DNA from: Rhina ancylostomus
Lineage: Eukaryota
NCBI GenBank assembly: GCA_030265395.1
Contig: JARFYF010000059.1
Location: 20,418,419-20,482,418, forward strand
Length of the DNA: 64,000 nucleotides
Direction: 5' to 3'
Part shown: positions 1 through 13,559 of the stretch, piece by piece
Layout of the letters: each line of letters opens with the position of its first letter
How positions within the stretch are numbered: the stretch's first letter is position 1
Made by a program: the position numbers and the translations under genes
The notes under the pieces: generated by a model
What the model saw: only the letters and a program-made list of their open reading frames with translations
Databases searched by the model: none
Told to the model about the DNA's origin: nothing

Positions 1-294
1 GGGGGGGCTGGGGGGGGGGGGGGCACGGGGCGGGACTGAGGGGTGAGGGAAGGGGCTGATGTTCACTTTAACCCCGGCACAGGGACAGTGGGCACGATCG
101 GTCTGGGTCCACGCACAGATATTTTATTTAACTCCACAGTTTAAAAAATGGTCAGAAGTCAATGTGGAAATGCTGCACATTTTGCATTATGGTGTGTCTG
201 TCTGCTGACCCGTTGTACGTGGCCAGGAATGGCCTGGTGGCCCAATGGGTCACACTGTCCCCAGCAAGCTCATGTCCCACTCCCAAGGACAGCT

Positions 295-590
295 GGGCAT
301 GCCGCTGCTTCGAAGCCGCAGTCACCCGCTTTCAGTCCTGACCTTGGGTGCTGTCCTGGTGGAGTTTGCACCTTCTCCCCGTGGCTGGGTGGGATTCCCC
401 TGGGTGCTCTGTTCCTTCTCTCATCCCAAAGACGTGCGGGTTGGTAGGTTAATTGGCCGCAGTAAGTGGCCCCTAGTGTGTAGGTGGGTGGTGGAATCTG
501 GGGCAGAAAAGAGTGGGGTGAGAGGTGGGATCACTCTGTGAGCCAGCATCAGATCGATAGGCTGGAACGGCTCTTTCTGTGTTGTAAGGG
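295..590 (+). mobile_element. tRNA-derived SINE, HE1/V-SINE-like
   Basis: Degenerate box B (ttcagtcctgacc), core ggagtttgcaccttctccccgtg...catcccaaagacgtgcgggttggtaggttaattggc, and a CR1-like 3' tail. Confidence 0.7.
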
Positions 591-716
591 AACATTGGGA
601 CATGAGGGGAAAAGCCAGGCTGCCTCCCTGGGACAGAGCAAAGGCCACACTGTTAGCAGGGCCAACCTGCAGGCATGACATTGCTCAGGTGGTACACACC
701 CTCTTGCTGCGTTAGG

Positions 717-870
717 GAAACACAGGAGACTGCAGATGCTGGAATCTGGAGCAACAAACAATCTGCTGGAGGAACTCACCCAGTCGAGCAGCCACTGAAA
801 TGTCAGTAATTCCTTTCCCCCTGCAGATGCTGCTCAACCCTGAGTTCCTCCAGCACATTGTTTGTTGCCG
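717..870. mobile_element. Short palindromic Penelope-type non-autonomous element (centre deleted)
   Basis: gagactgcagatgctggaatctggagcaacaaacaatctgctggaggaactca...cagatgctgctcaaccctgagttcctccagcacattgtttgttgc; the arms are inverted repeats; same family as 22701-22910 and 35931-36135. Confidence 0.65.
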
Positions 871-3002
871 CTTATTGAGTTGGTCTAAAGGAGCTCAGGG
901 CCGTGGCCTGGGGACACTTAGCCCACGATCATTGTCTGAGTGATGATCATCCCATTGCTGCTCACCATAGTCTGATCTGAGCAAATGAGCTGCTGCGTTC
1001 CCTGCGCTGCAACGATAACTGGACTTCTGCAGCATCCTGTACAGGTGCTGCACAGGAGAATGACCTCACAGAGTTTAACACGAGGGCAGATGGCCAAAAG
1101 CTGGCTCCAAGAGAATGGCTCAAAGTGGAGACGCTGAGAGGTTTTGGGAAGGGATTGATGTTCAGGGTCTTGCTGACTGAAGGTGCATCATTGACAGATT
1201 AATGTTACTGCTGGTTTTACCAGGGTTGGCAGAGTACAGATACCTCAGGATTATAGGATTCAAGAGGGTCACAGGGACAGGGAGGGGGGATCACTGTGGA
1301 GGGATTTGGAAACAAGAATGGGGGTTTCATGAGAGGAACAGATGAGGCAGGGAGGGCGATGTTATGCAGATGGAGGTGAACGATCTCAGTAAAGGACCCA
1401 AGTACAGGAGATGAGCGAGCTTACAGTGATGGTCCCAAGTACGGGATCAAATATAACACAAACTTGCAAAGAGTCAGGTTCCGAGTGTTCCCGACAGCTG
1501 CAACTACACTTCAAAAAGCAGCTAATTGTTTGTTAAGTTCTTGTCTGCCCCAANNNNNNNNNNNNNNNNNNNNNNNNNNNNNNNNNNNNNNNNNNNNNNN
1601 NNNNNTGACAAGGGGTGGGACTGTCTCCTTGTTCTAAGGGCTCAGTGCCAGGCAACCTCTTGCCCACCAAAGACGGGTGAACGGGGAATGTCAAATATCC
1701 TGCCAGGTAATTATGCCACCAAGTTAATGTATCATTAATGATTTGAGTATCATAAGCAAACCTCATTTTGTGGTGAGTAAGTTATTCAGTTAATGGAAAT
1801 TGACTGTAGCGTTAAAACAAAACGAAGCAATATTAGAGGTGTTGATATCTTGTGCCACAGGCAATCGTTCGTCGTCAGCAATATTCTCACTTTAACATCG
1901 TCAGTGAACCCACAGAGCAATCATCTTTCTGATCCTTGTGGAGTAGTCGCATATAATTTGCACATTAATAGAACTGCATCCCTCTGATTAATATAAAACA
2001 TATCAATCATTGCTGCTGAGGGACCAGGCCTACACGTGAATATTCAATCTCTGCCGACGCTCTAGGGAACCACTCTGTCTGCAGAACAGCTTGCAGGTCA
2101 CTGAGCATTGAACCAAAGCTCCCATCGCTTGCTATTACCATCAAGCAGAGCACAGCGCCTGAGACAAGGCAACTTGGTGACCCGAGGGGAGGGTCAAAAT
2201 CTTTAGCCCTGTTTAGACTACAGCTGTGAACCTGTGTGTGTGATGGCCACTGCGATGATGCACAGTGATATTGGAGCTGTTTACTCCAGCCTTAATTTGG
2301 AATATATTAACTTTCTTCCCCAAAGGTAATGATGCTAGTGGGCTTTTGGATCATCGGACACCATCTGCACTCCGTGTACCTTGCCCAGACACCCACCCTT
2401 TCTTCATGACTGTCTGAGCTGTGCATTGCCCAATATCTAGCTGTGTGGGACATAGCATGCAAATTTGTTATTTGGTTAAATCCAGGCCCCTCATCCCACA
2501 TTTATGTGGGTCTGTAATTCTGCCAGAGTTGTAATGAAGTCAGTACGGGAATAGGCAGATATCCCATTAGGGGTAAATGACAGTGGAGCGAGTGCCTTGA
2601 CAGCCATTCCGCTGTGACCTTAAATACAGAGGTGCCACTTGTGAACGTTCAGCACTGTGGAGAACTTGGAATCGTCTGGCTGGTGGCCCAGCAGGCTGGC
2701 AACATTCTGGGCCACTGAGAGATAAAATAGCAGGATTAAAGTAGAAATGTTAAGTACAATGTTTTAAAAGCTAACATTCATCGGGGGATTCACCTCATGT
2801 TGACACATAAGTTCAGCCTAAATTTCCAGCTATTCTCAGTAGACAGGGAAAAAAATTATCTCTGCCCTTGATTAGTTTGACAATACAATGAACTCCAGTG
2901 GATTCTCTGAATCAGAGTGGAGTTTGAGCTCTAACAGTGTGAATGACAACTCTACCGCAAGTTACGCACATAGACCTCCAAAACACACATCAGATAATAA
3001 AA

Positions 3003-3330
3003 ATAAAGAACCTGCATTGTTATAACAATCTCAGGACATCCTAAAGCTCTTTAAAGCCAGTGAAGTACCTTTGAACTGTAGTCATTGTCAGAATGCGGGA
3101 CAACTCACAGCCAATTTGAGCACTGCAAGAAGTGGTGTGATGAAGACCAGCTTCTAGTACTGGGGGCTAAAGGTTAAACATTGGTTTGGAACAGGAGGGT
3201 AACCCCTCTGCACCTCTTCTAAAAAGTGGCACAGGCTCTTTCACGTGAGTGATAGAGTAAACAGGGCCTCGAACTGATGTCTCATCCAACAGATGCCTGC
3301 TCTGCCAGTGGAGTGTTCTCTCAGTACTGG
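3003..3330 (-). mobile_element. DeuSINE (SacSINE1-like) remnant
   Basis: ctcaggacatcctaaagctctttaaagccagtgaagtacctttgaactgtagtcattg...cagccaatttgagcac...tctcatccaacagatg; inverse of the copy at 5865-6235. Confidence 0.6.
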
Positions 3331-3414
3331 GTCTGGGAATATCGGTCTGAAGCTTGTGAGCAAGCCACTGTTCTATTTAAAAAGTGCAATTCCTTCACCC
3401 AGTAGTTTTGTGGA

Positions 3415-4010
3415 TGAAGAGAGAACTTGTGCTATGCTCAGTTCAGATTGTAATAAACTTCAAGAGTGTTTGGACAGGCTGATGGAGGCACAGAAATGAA
3501 ATTTAACACAGAAGAGTACAGTGTTACATTTCAGTAGGAAGCACAAGGAGGGGGAGCATAAGTGAGAGGCACAGTTCTAAGACAGCAATAGAGGGATCTG
3601 GGAATAAATGTGCAAAAGTTGTTGAAGGAATCAGGGCAGCTTCAGGGGGCAAAAAGTATTTGGGGATCCTTGGCTTTATAAATTGAGGCACTGAGTGCAA
3701 GAGCAAGAATGTATTGATAAAGCTTTCTCAAATACTGTTTCACCTACAACTGGACTACTGTGTCCAGTCCTGGGTGTCTTTTTAGGGAAAACATGAAGGC
3801 TTCAGGTGGTAGAGGGTAGAACTCCCACTAGTGGAAACAGGTTTGGTTGTGACCTTTGAAAGGATGCTGGGTGTGTATTTAAAGGGGAAGAGTTTGTAGG
3901 GTTTTGAGGAGAAGGTAGGATAGTGAGACCAGCTGAATTGCTCTAACTCAGACCCAGTATCAGCTCAATGGGCTAAGTGGCCTCTTTCTGTATTACAACC
4001 TATCAGTGGC
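3415..4010 (+). mobile_element. Decayed CR1-type LINE 3' fragments
   Basis: RT C-terminal remnants (LQECLDRL, caactggactactgtgtccagt) and tail atgggctaagtggcctctttctgt. Confidence 0.65.
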
Positions 4011-4024
4011 CCTGATGATTATAC

Positions 4025-4300
4025 CACAGAGCAGTACACACAGAAAACAGGCCCTTCAGTCCAACACGTCCATGCCAACCAAGTTATCTACATGAGCTAG
4101 TCCTATTTGCCTGCATTTTGTCCGTCTAAACCTTTCCTATCCATGTACCTGTCCAAATATCTCGTAAATTTCATAATTTTACCTGCCTCAACCACTTCCT
4201 CTGGCAACAGTCCACAGACGCACCACCCTCTGTGTGAAAAAGTTTGACTCTCAGGTCCCATTTAAATCTTTCCCCTCTCACTTTAAACCCATCTCCTCTA
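4025..4300 (-). mobile_element. CR1/HER1-type LINE 3' end
   Basis: acaggcccttcagtcc...caccaccctctgtgtgaaaaag...tttaaatctttcccctctcactttaaacc, the reverse of the GERFKGDL..FFTQRVV motif. A plus-strand CR1 tail follows at about 4300-4425. Confidence 0.8.
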
Positions 4301-5864
4301 ACGCCAAAGGGATTAAGGGAAAAGCAGAGAAGGCAGGAAGACAGTCCAGGGATGGATGATCAGCCACGATTGTACTGAATGGGACAGTAGGCATGAAAAA
4401 CTTAATCGCAATGTTTCTATGTTTCACACCCAACTCCAGAGATAAACAAATACAGTCATTCTAAACGGGTTTAGCAAATTGGAAAGGGCTGTTGTTTCAG
4501 CGATATGGGTCAGGTGTATCATTCGTACTGTGCATAGTCAAATAGCCAGGCAACACTTACTGGGTGGAATCACAGCTGAGGACTAGCTATTTGGGCACCG
4601 GTGTCATCGATGGTCTGTCTCCATGGGAGAGGAGCAGGGGACGCTCAGGTGGATAAAAGTGAAGAAATCATCCAGCTGCATTTATTATTGACAGGGTGTG
4701 AGTACCCAAGAAGGGCAGTACTTGGCATCCATCCATACTCTTGACATATTGGTGGGGAGCTGCCTTTTTGAACTTCAGTCAAGTGCAGGTAATCTCACAG
4801 TGCTTTCTGTAGGGAGTCCCAGGATTTAGACCCAGTACTGGTGAACGAATGGCAATGTAATTTTAAGTCTAAACATTGAATGCCTTGGAAGGGAGCCTAC
4901 AGTTGGTGTTTCTATGCACCCAATGTCATTTTCTTGCTTTATGGTAGAGGTTGTAGGTGTGGGAGATGTCGGAGTAGCCTGGATGTGTAACTGCACAGTA
5001 TTTAAGCAAAGACTTACTTTAAATGAAGGGAGGTGAGCTGTATTTCTAAATTTATATTCCTAGTGAGTTACCAAAATCCAGCTAAGGACAGCTCATTTGA
5101 TGCACAACAAGGTGACCAGTGCCAGTGAGTTTTATTGTGAGGTCAAACTGTTTCCTTCCACTGGGGAATTTTGCTGATGTTCAAGTTGTAAACCCCTGAT
5201 TTGTGGATAGTAAATTGAAGTGTTAAGTGTGGGCGGCTGTGGGAGTGAACTCATGACCTCAGAGGCGGTGCAATGGAAGCCTCCAGGAGCTGCTTTGGAT
5301 GGTTCAGAAGTGAGTTTAATCAGTCGAACAGATGAAACCAGTCCAGGGATCGGGAGAACTGGAATAGTTGAAGTGGTTAGAGAGAGGAAGCAGGACAGTG
5401 CTGATGAGATAAAGCAGCTCACAGGGATACAAAATACTGGGGCAGGGTTCGTAGGCTGAATGCCTGTAAGTCCTGCTGTACCTTGCAGTGATCTGATGTA
5501 CAGACTGAGCATCACTGGCAGCAGAAGAGGCTGCTGAAGTCAAGCTTCAGGGAGTGGCCTCCTGGCCGTGATTGGTTCCAATCAACCTTTTGAGATTTGG
5601 GCTCCAGTGGGCTAGCACTGATTGGTTGCGTGGTCATTGAACTGCCAGCGCTGGTGGGATGCAGGAGGACAGCTAGACCAGAGCCTCCCACCTGTGCACA
5701 TACCAAGAGACAGTGGTGCAATCGTGAGTTACAGGGAACTCACTTGTGATCCTCCGGTACAACTGCGTGCCTTTCATGTGCCTTCTCAAAATGGCCAGCA
5801 CATCCGCGCACTAACCTGTTTTCTTAGCTTGTATTCTTATTTTGTGTGCAAATATTAACCAAAG

Positions 5865-6235
5865 CGTTAGTCTTTGCTCAGTCAGTCACAGGTCCATGTT
5901 CAACACTTAAGTAACATACCCATGTGAGGGGAGTGCTGCATTGTTGGTGGTTTGGCCTTTCAGATGAAATATTAGACCAAGACTAGGTGAATGCAAAAGA
6001 TCACCTGGCCACTCTTGGCTTCCACTCAGTATTTTGGCCAACACTTATCCTTCACCAGAATCTCTACAAGCAGGTTACTTGGCCGTTTTTCTGTTGCCCT
6101 TTGTGGGGCTTGCTGATTATGTTGGTGGCAATGGTTTACAGATTACATAGTGGTTACTACTCAAGTACATTGTAACAGCTGTAAAGTGCGTTGGGACATC
6201 TGTAGTCATTAAAGGTGCTCTGGGAACAAATTATT
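5865..6235 (+). mobile_element. DeuSINE (SacSINE1-like) remnant
   Basis: gaggggagtgctgcattgttggtgg...cctttcagatga...aaaagatc...tgtaaagtgcgttgggacatc...aaaggtgct. Confidence 0.6.
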
Positions 6236-7187
6236 TCTTTAAGCATAAGAAAGATAACAAAAAGACAAGCACTTTGGGCAACTCATCCTTTGCCCCACAA
6301 TTCTCTGCTGACATGCTAGCAAGCATAATAGACCTGAACAGATCTCCAAGCCTTTCTGATCCCTGCCTCTCCTCCCACCTGCCTCAACCCTTGCTGTCCT
6401 GCTGTGTGCTACAGTAATCACAGTGGAGCTTGCAGAGTCTCATTCACCTTTAGATCCAACAAGGCTGTAACAAACATTGAAGTTTAAGGTCTCTTTTCCA
6501 ATTCAAGAGGTTTCGTACTTATTTCTAGAGACATTAATTAAGAATTGTTTTCATAAAACAGCTTACAGCGCTTCACAGCATTATTGATACTCAACTGAGA
6601 AGAAAAGTTCCTAGCCCGCACTAGGAGATTATGAGAAGTCTTGAATGAAATCCCCACCTTCATTTCCTTGCCCAGTCTTGGGCCCATTGCACGATCAGAA
6701 GTGAGCAGCCAGATTACCCAGAGAAACCACCTGCTTCATCCTTGGCTCTGTGCTTTATGGAACACAGAGCAGTACATCACAGGAACAGGCCCTTCAGCCC
6801 ACCTTGTTATGCCAAACTAATTTATTACCAAAGAGTATGTTTGCACCCCTTCTCCAGCTGTTTTGTCTGTAATGCACCAAATCTTGAAGAAGTATCAGCA
6901 CAATTGCTGAAGGAAGAACAGGTACAAAGTCAAATAAAAGATTGAAGTAGAACCTGAGTCCCAATAAATGCCACACTCTGAAGAGCTGGTCAGATCATAC
7001 TTGGGGAAAACCGTGGATAGGTCTAAATCTGAAAAGGCATGGACACAATGGATGTGATTACTGTGCTGTGTGGGTATGCCAGAAAGCCAAAGAAATGGCA
7101 TCACTGCACACAATGAGACTATTCAGCCCACTGTGCATGTATCAGCATTTCATTAATAGGAGTTGGGGAGTAATTTTCTTAGCTGGG

Positions 7188-7290
7188 ATAACAACAGAAA
7201 ATGCTGGAAATACTCAGTAGGTCAGACAGTGCCCTGGGAGAGAGAAACAGAGTTAATATTTTAGGTCCAATGATCTTTCTTCAGAACCCA
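7188..7290. mobile_element. Penelope-type short element, one arm
   Basis: acagaaaatgctggaaatactcagtaggtcagacag...gagagaaacagagttaatattttaggtccaatgatctttcttcagaac; same family as 26245-26345 and 61125-61292. Confidence 0.6.
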
Positions 7291-9287
7291 TCATGTTATT
7301 TGCTCAGCATTTATTGCCTTTCCCTACTGGCCCTTCATAAAGTGCTGGTGTCCGTGTCGTCAAATACTCCCATTGTGCTGATGGGAGGGAATTGCAGGAT
7401 GTAGACCCGGTGCTGGTGAATGAACTATGATATATTTCCATGCAAGGACACTACTACTTGANNNNNNNNNNNNNNNNNNNNNNNNNNNAGTCAGGTTTGG
7501 AGCATTCGATATCTTGCTCATTCAATTATACTCACACCTATTCCTTTGAACAGTAGACAGCTTCATGGGGGACTTACAAACAGTTTGACCAACTGGTCTG
7601 CAGTAGCCTCTGAGGTAATGGAAGTACTCAAGAGGGCAGTTAATAACCCAACAGTGGAATATAGGCTGGATTTTTCTCTGCAGTTGCAATATTTAATCTA
7701 TTTTACATGGAACTGAACCAGGGGAAGAGGGCTCATTAAGATTTTTTGATGTAGATGACAATATTCAAAGGAGCAGATATAACAGGATAACTCATCAATG
7801 GCACAAAACCCCCCAGAACATTGGAAGAACCAGTGGATCAAGCAGCATCTGTGGAGGCAAAAGATGTTAAATTGGTAGTTTGGGATAAGACTGAGCGGGA
7901 AGAGGAAAAACTGCCAGTATAATTCTTCTGTGGTTGTTCCTGTCATGGCAACACTGACCAGAAGCCACAGGAGCATCTGTGGCTTAGGAAAATTCAGACC
8001 AAAAGATTGTGGGTTCATGTCCCACTCTGGGATGTAAACCAGGCTGGTACTTCAGCACAATACTGAGGGAGTGCTGGGCTGGCCCAACAGTACTTACACT
8101 TCCAAAGTACTTTGGTTCCTGCACAGACCTTTGGGATCTTGTGACATTAATAGAAGCTTCTTTCCTGTTTTTGAGAGACATTTAGTTTAAAACCTGCAAG
8201 CAAATTAACCTCCACCTGCATAAGAATTTTCAACTCTATTAAGGAGATGCAAGTTGCTTGGAGGGAAACCAGACTGGTTGCATTGTGCAGACACCCAGGA
8301 GCAGTAGCAACTTCCCCCAAAATGCTTGGGTGCTCCTCTGGGAATCCAACTAATTAGGGCAACCTGGAGATATTTGTGCAAGTAAATTCCATCAGCTTAA
8401 CAGTGGCAAACCCAGCTGCAGGAATACCTTGACTTGGAACTGTGCCCACAAAAACAGAACTGTGTCAAAGATTTCTGCATGGACTGGAATGGATGGGCCA
8501 AAGGAGGGTTTTTCACCTTTGTGAATAACTATTGAGACCATTAAACTAAGAATGCCATGGCTGAAGGTTCCACAGGAAAATTAGTTGATTCTGCCTTCCA
8601 GAATCACACTTTATCAGAAGCCAGGTCACTTACTTTTCCCAGATATTGCAGGANNNNNNNNNNNNNNNGATTGTGTGGTGTCTCCCCTTCTATGGTCCAG
8701 TTGGTAAAGGGACTGTCAATGGGGACCACTAATACACCCATGAAGGATCCAAGATCAGCTGGGGTTGAATTATTCAGTTTTGGATGGACAGCAATTACTG
8801 ACCTCTCATTGGCCCATGGTATCATTAAGCTAGGGAGAACCAAACCAGCGCGAGCTCTCCGTGTGGTGCTCCACATTTGGGTGTAAGTGGCCGTGTGCAA
8901 GCACTGGATTGCGCTGGGCTGTGCAACCCTTGATCAACCAGCCAGCAAACAACTTGGCCAAAGTTTCAGATGGTTGCTGCATTTTAGCAAGAGGCAAACA
9001 CAGGAACGTGGCACTGACTGGTTGCTCNNNNNNNNNNTCCCTCAGTGTCCTCTCTTTTAAACTTTGTACTGGTTCAGTTTGCCCTGTACAAGGACCAAGC
9101 ACAGTTGATCTGACCTGACCGTACCCAATAAACCAATACCCTATGTAAAAGAATATTTATAAGGGTGACTCATTATAGGTTTCAGTGGCAATGGCTGCAG
9201 AAAGAAACCACGGACATTGGGAGAAGAACACTGTTCTCAGATATGGATCATCAGAAAGATGAAAAACCACGTTCTGGGCAAACATTT

Positions 9288-9293
9288 TTTATT
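9288..9293 (-). terminator. Candidate distal polyadenylation signal AATAAA (others at 9389-9394 and 9532-9537)
   Basis: Plus-strand tttatt. On the minus strand it is followed about 20 nt later by a GU/U-rich tract (gtggtttttcatctttct), as expected for a CstF downstream element. Confidence 0.6.
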
Positions 9294-12200
9294 TATGGTA
9301 ATGCCATCTATACACTGTACATTCAGTCACTGTGTCCATTGCAAACTGTGGTTTTGCATTGCTATTTCTTACATATCTCATCAAGTCCTTTATTTTACAT
9401 TACTGGTAGGAAGGTCAGGGAGTGGAATGGTGGAAAGGAAAGCGGGGAAGGGGCAGACAGGTACACAGCGCACTAGATAAATAAGCCAAGCAGTTTTTTT
9501 GTTTAGGCATTTATAAACAAGAAAGCATACATTTATTATTACATAAAAATAGTTCTAAAGATTGGAAATTAAGTTGCTTATCTTAGCAGCAGCTTATGTA
9601 TGAAAGAAAATCAAATATAAATATGTTGAAATGCATAGGTAAGGTAATGCGACCGAGAGTCCTGTTGGCTGATGTAGAACGAGGACGCAGTAAAGAGGCC
9701 CAAATACAGTGTCATTCCAGATCAACTGTTGCAAATAACAATTGTTCATTCTTCTGAAAATTATTCTAAGGAGAGTAAAAATATGACGCTTTGTTTTAAG
9801 AAAAACAGCCTTAATATTGGATGGGGTGGGGGGGGGGGGGAAGTAAAGATTAAAGTTGAATTTNNNNNNNNNNNNNNNNNNNNNNNNNNNNNNNNNNNNN
9901 NNNNNNNNNNNNNNNNNNNNNNNNNNNNNNNNNNNNNNNNNNNNNNNNNNNNNNNNNNNNNNNCCCCCCCCCCCCCCCCCGGCAAGTACAGATTAAAGTT
10001 GAATGTCTCAAACATTAAAAAAAGAGTTTGGGAGGGTGCAGGTAAAGCTGGAACCCATTTCAAAGTGATTCCTTTGGAGCAATTACTGACTGCAGTAATT
10101 CAGGCAATAACACAATCCAATAACAAGACAACTATGACATATTAAAGATCAGAAAAAATATTGGAGGTGAGCACAATATACACTTATAATACAGAGCATA
10201 AAATGAAAAAAAGTATTTACAGGGTTTTTTGTACACTGGCTAGTTCATAGTGAAGCAGTTTAAAATGATAACTGGGTTTTTATGCCAATAGGTCCCCTTG
10301 AATAGAAGGCTCATGACTCTTATTCAAAGTAGGAGTTGGTTTTCATTAAAAAAAATCCCTTGTTATGATATGGAAATAACTGGCACCAGTTGACCATAAA
10401 ACAATAGCAATGGGGATAGTAGAGTCAAAACAGAGACCGCACCATAAAATAATAGATTATTGTGTTACTGTGTGTTAAAGGATTAAATACTGCTTTATGT
10501 GTTTATGTATACATTACTTAAAAAAAAGACAACCCTCGCACACCACACACAAGGAAACTAACTGGTATAAAAAATTACAAATAAAAAAACTACATTAACA
10601 TAAAAACATGAAAAACTATTTATTACTGTAATCAACCCTCTTCTGTACTCATCTCTCATCTGCATGCAAAAAAGATTTAACTAAAACTATTTGAACAATT
10701 TTTTTTCCATCAAGTAACTCTGGACATTATTGGTGTAAAAACCCAGCTGTAGTTAGCTGCCCCTCAGATATAAAGCATTATTGCTGAAGAATGTATTCAT
10801 TTAAAAAAAAATTTTCCTGAATTTTTTTTTTGCCTTTCATCCCCCCCACTATTTGAAACTTTTGTATTAAAGTAACATGAATCATCACTATCGACTGAAC
10901 AATAAGCCGCTTACAAAAAGAACACAAAACAAAAAGACATCTCTTCTGCCAGGGAAGTCAGTGGCTGCTACTGCACTGCTCCTCCTTTTTTGCATTACTG
11001 TATCAAACAAGAAAAAGTCAATAAAACAGATTGTATGAGACACCAGAAAAGAGAATAATGACATATAAGGCTGATTTTTTTTGCATATTATATAAACATA
11101 AAACCCTTTAAATATACAAGTTTTAATGCCCGTTAAAGAGTACTGTATGGTAGAAATATTGTAACTCCATGCATATGAAAGATATCGAGTCTTCCCATTA
11201 AAAAAAACAGATAAAGCAGAAATATCCCACATAATTGCATAAGCGTGATCTATGTTCCATTTGCATTGCACTCATAACGGGGGAATTGTTATGTGTTTGT
11301 ATTAAAGTTTTGTATTCACAAAAGTGAATCTAGATCCCCTAGCATGGTGGGATTATCACAATCCACTGTTGCACCCTTAAGAAAGTTTACAATGTTCACC
11401 CCATTTCCTCCAGGTTTGTGTTCAACATCATACATACCCACAACTCGAGCTGCCCTGTCAACTCTTCCAATTGATAGCTTTCATTTGTACCTAAATTCTG
11501 AAGACCTGCCTCTTAAATCTCACAGTAACAATGGCGATTATACTGGATTCATGCAGAATATTTTAAAACACTTTTTTTTTTGCTTTTATTCATTCCGTGA
11601 TAAATATATTTTTATCCTTATTAATGAAACACAGCAGCGGATGTCTTTTAAGTATTAAGAGAGAAAAACATTAATGTAGTTTACATTAGAGCATTACACT
11701 AACATCAGATTACTAGATCTTATTGGGTCCTGGCTAGGTTTCAGATAATGCAGCAGAGGCACAACATATATGTTTTGTCATAATTGTTCCAACAACCCCA
11801 CCCCAACACTTGAGGTTGTCACACAGACGGCTAGCAGGACAGGGTGGAAAGTTCAGTGGGTCTGGTTTCATGTCATGTTCTGGATGTTGGATGGAAGTGG
11901 TGTCTGCATACAGGCTTTGTCAATGAGAAAATGTAACAGTGTTATTGGTGGGAGAGGGGAGGGGAACGTTCATTGTGGGTGAAACCTGGGAGTGGTTTGG
12001 AGGTGGGAGACAAAAAAGATGTGCAGTAAGTCAGAAAAATCAAAGTTCTCGTTTCCTCCAATGGAGTACCTCAGATCTACTTGGTACTAAATCTGGGTGT
12101 CTGAATAAAGAACTGACACAGTTCATGCGACCAAAATAAGGCACAGAACCTACCTCCTCCAGAGGAAATGAATTAAAATACAGCAAATTCTTCTGAGAGA

Positions 12201-13559
12201 AAGGATTCATAGAATGAAATCAGATTTGTTCTGTGCAGAAGTTGTGTCAATGCGAATTTTGCCCGGTTGCAGTATGTTTAAAAGCCAATAGTTCCACCAC
12301 TGATTCTTAATGGCATGTGCACGCGCACGCGCACACACACACATCTTACTAAGCAAGATACCCAATTGATCCTGTACTCTGTAAATGTTAGTTCAGCAAA
12401 CACAATGAATCACCGAATGGTACAATGCAGAAAAACAAAAAAAAAGAATCCTGAAAAAAAATACAATAATATTGATGAACAAAAGAGCACTGTAAATACT
12501 GTGAACAGAGAAAAGCAGCAGGTACAAAATGCTGCTTTGGTAAAATTTACCAAATTTTGCAAAAAAACATATTTTGGAATGGTGTCCCAAACATAACGAT
12601 TTTTCTTCTGTTGCTTGTGATCTCTTAACAACTGTCCCAGTTTTCTTTGTGATATTTCTCTCTCTCTCTCCATCCATTTTCTTCTTTTCACTGAAGTGTA
12701 CTGGAGTTAGAATCACACTGTGATCACTTCTCTCAAACAAAAATAAAACCAGAAAAATTTCAAGTCTTTCCAGAGAATGCTCTGTTGCTGATAAGGCCAA
12801 GCAAGTATTTAATATCCCCTCCAGCTGAAAATAATCCAACATAGAGATGGTGGTTGGGGAGGGTGGGAGGAGAGGAAATGAAAAAGTCTTTGAAAGGCTC
12901 CACGAGCTATTTATCTTTCTTTTTAAAAAAGGAGGGGTGTTGCAGTAAAGTTGTTCCATGGCTTCCGATTTGACTCATGGTGATTTAAAATCAAGAAGAA
13001 AAAAAGTTGGAGAGTTCTGGGGAGCAACAGCAGCTGACACAATGGGCAGTCCTGGGGAAACCGCATGAGACGCATCAAGGAGAAAGCAAGTTTTCATAAC
13101 AACTGCACATATTTCAAACTTGGTTTAAAATCAAGTCTTCTGTTTTCAAAACAGTTTTTCTTTGTTTCTATACTTCAATAGCTTATTACAAAAGTAGAAT
13201 TTGAAGAGTTCTGTAAATTACCAGAGAAAGCACTGCCACCCCTCCCACACCCCTTTTTGTTCCTCCTCCCTTTAGTTTTATTTGGTACAATATTTGACAG
13301 TTGTCCAGGAATCCTGTACATCATGTGATGCACTGTAGAAAAAAAACCCTAAATAGCAGAAAAAAAAATCCTCGGTGCTGTCACTAACCGTATTAAAGTA
13401 TCTCAGAAACAGTTTAATGTCTGAGGTCTGGCAGGATGGCAGGCACACATTTTCTGTGTGGTACTGTGTCATTAGGGGAGGGTAGTTTCAGTGCATGTGT
13501 CTGAAGTAATATTCTTTCTCCGAGAACAGCCAACTCTTGTATCCTCCATGTGTATGTGT

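Noticed and set aside
5132-5543. Overlapping 75-127 aa ORFs downstream of SKI, considered as possible exons of a neighbouring gene such as MORN1
   Set aside because: No recognisable protein similarity and no convincing splice pair. I could not identify MORN1 exons in 1-9000.
9822-10005. Poly-G and poly-C runs around a 100-N gap with duplicated aagta(a/c)agattaaagttgaat, resembling a hairpin or G-quadruplex
   Set aside because: Homopolymers at a scaffold gap with a duplicated flank are typical of a misassembly.
12393-12959. 188-aa minus-strand ORF and other ORFs within the 3' UTR
   Set aside because: Phe/Leu-rich translations of U-rich UTR sequence with no domain.
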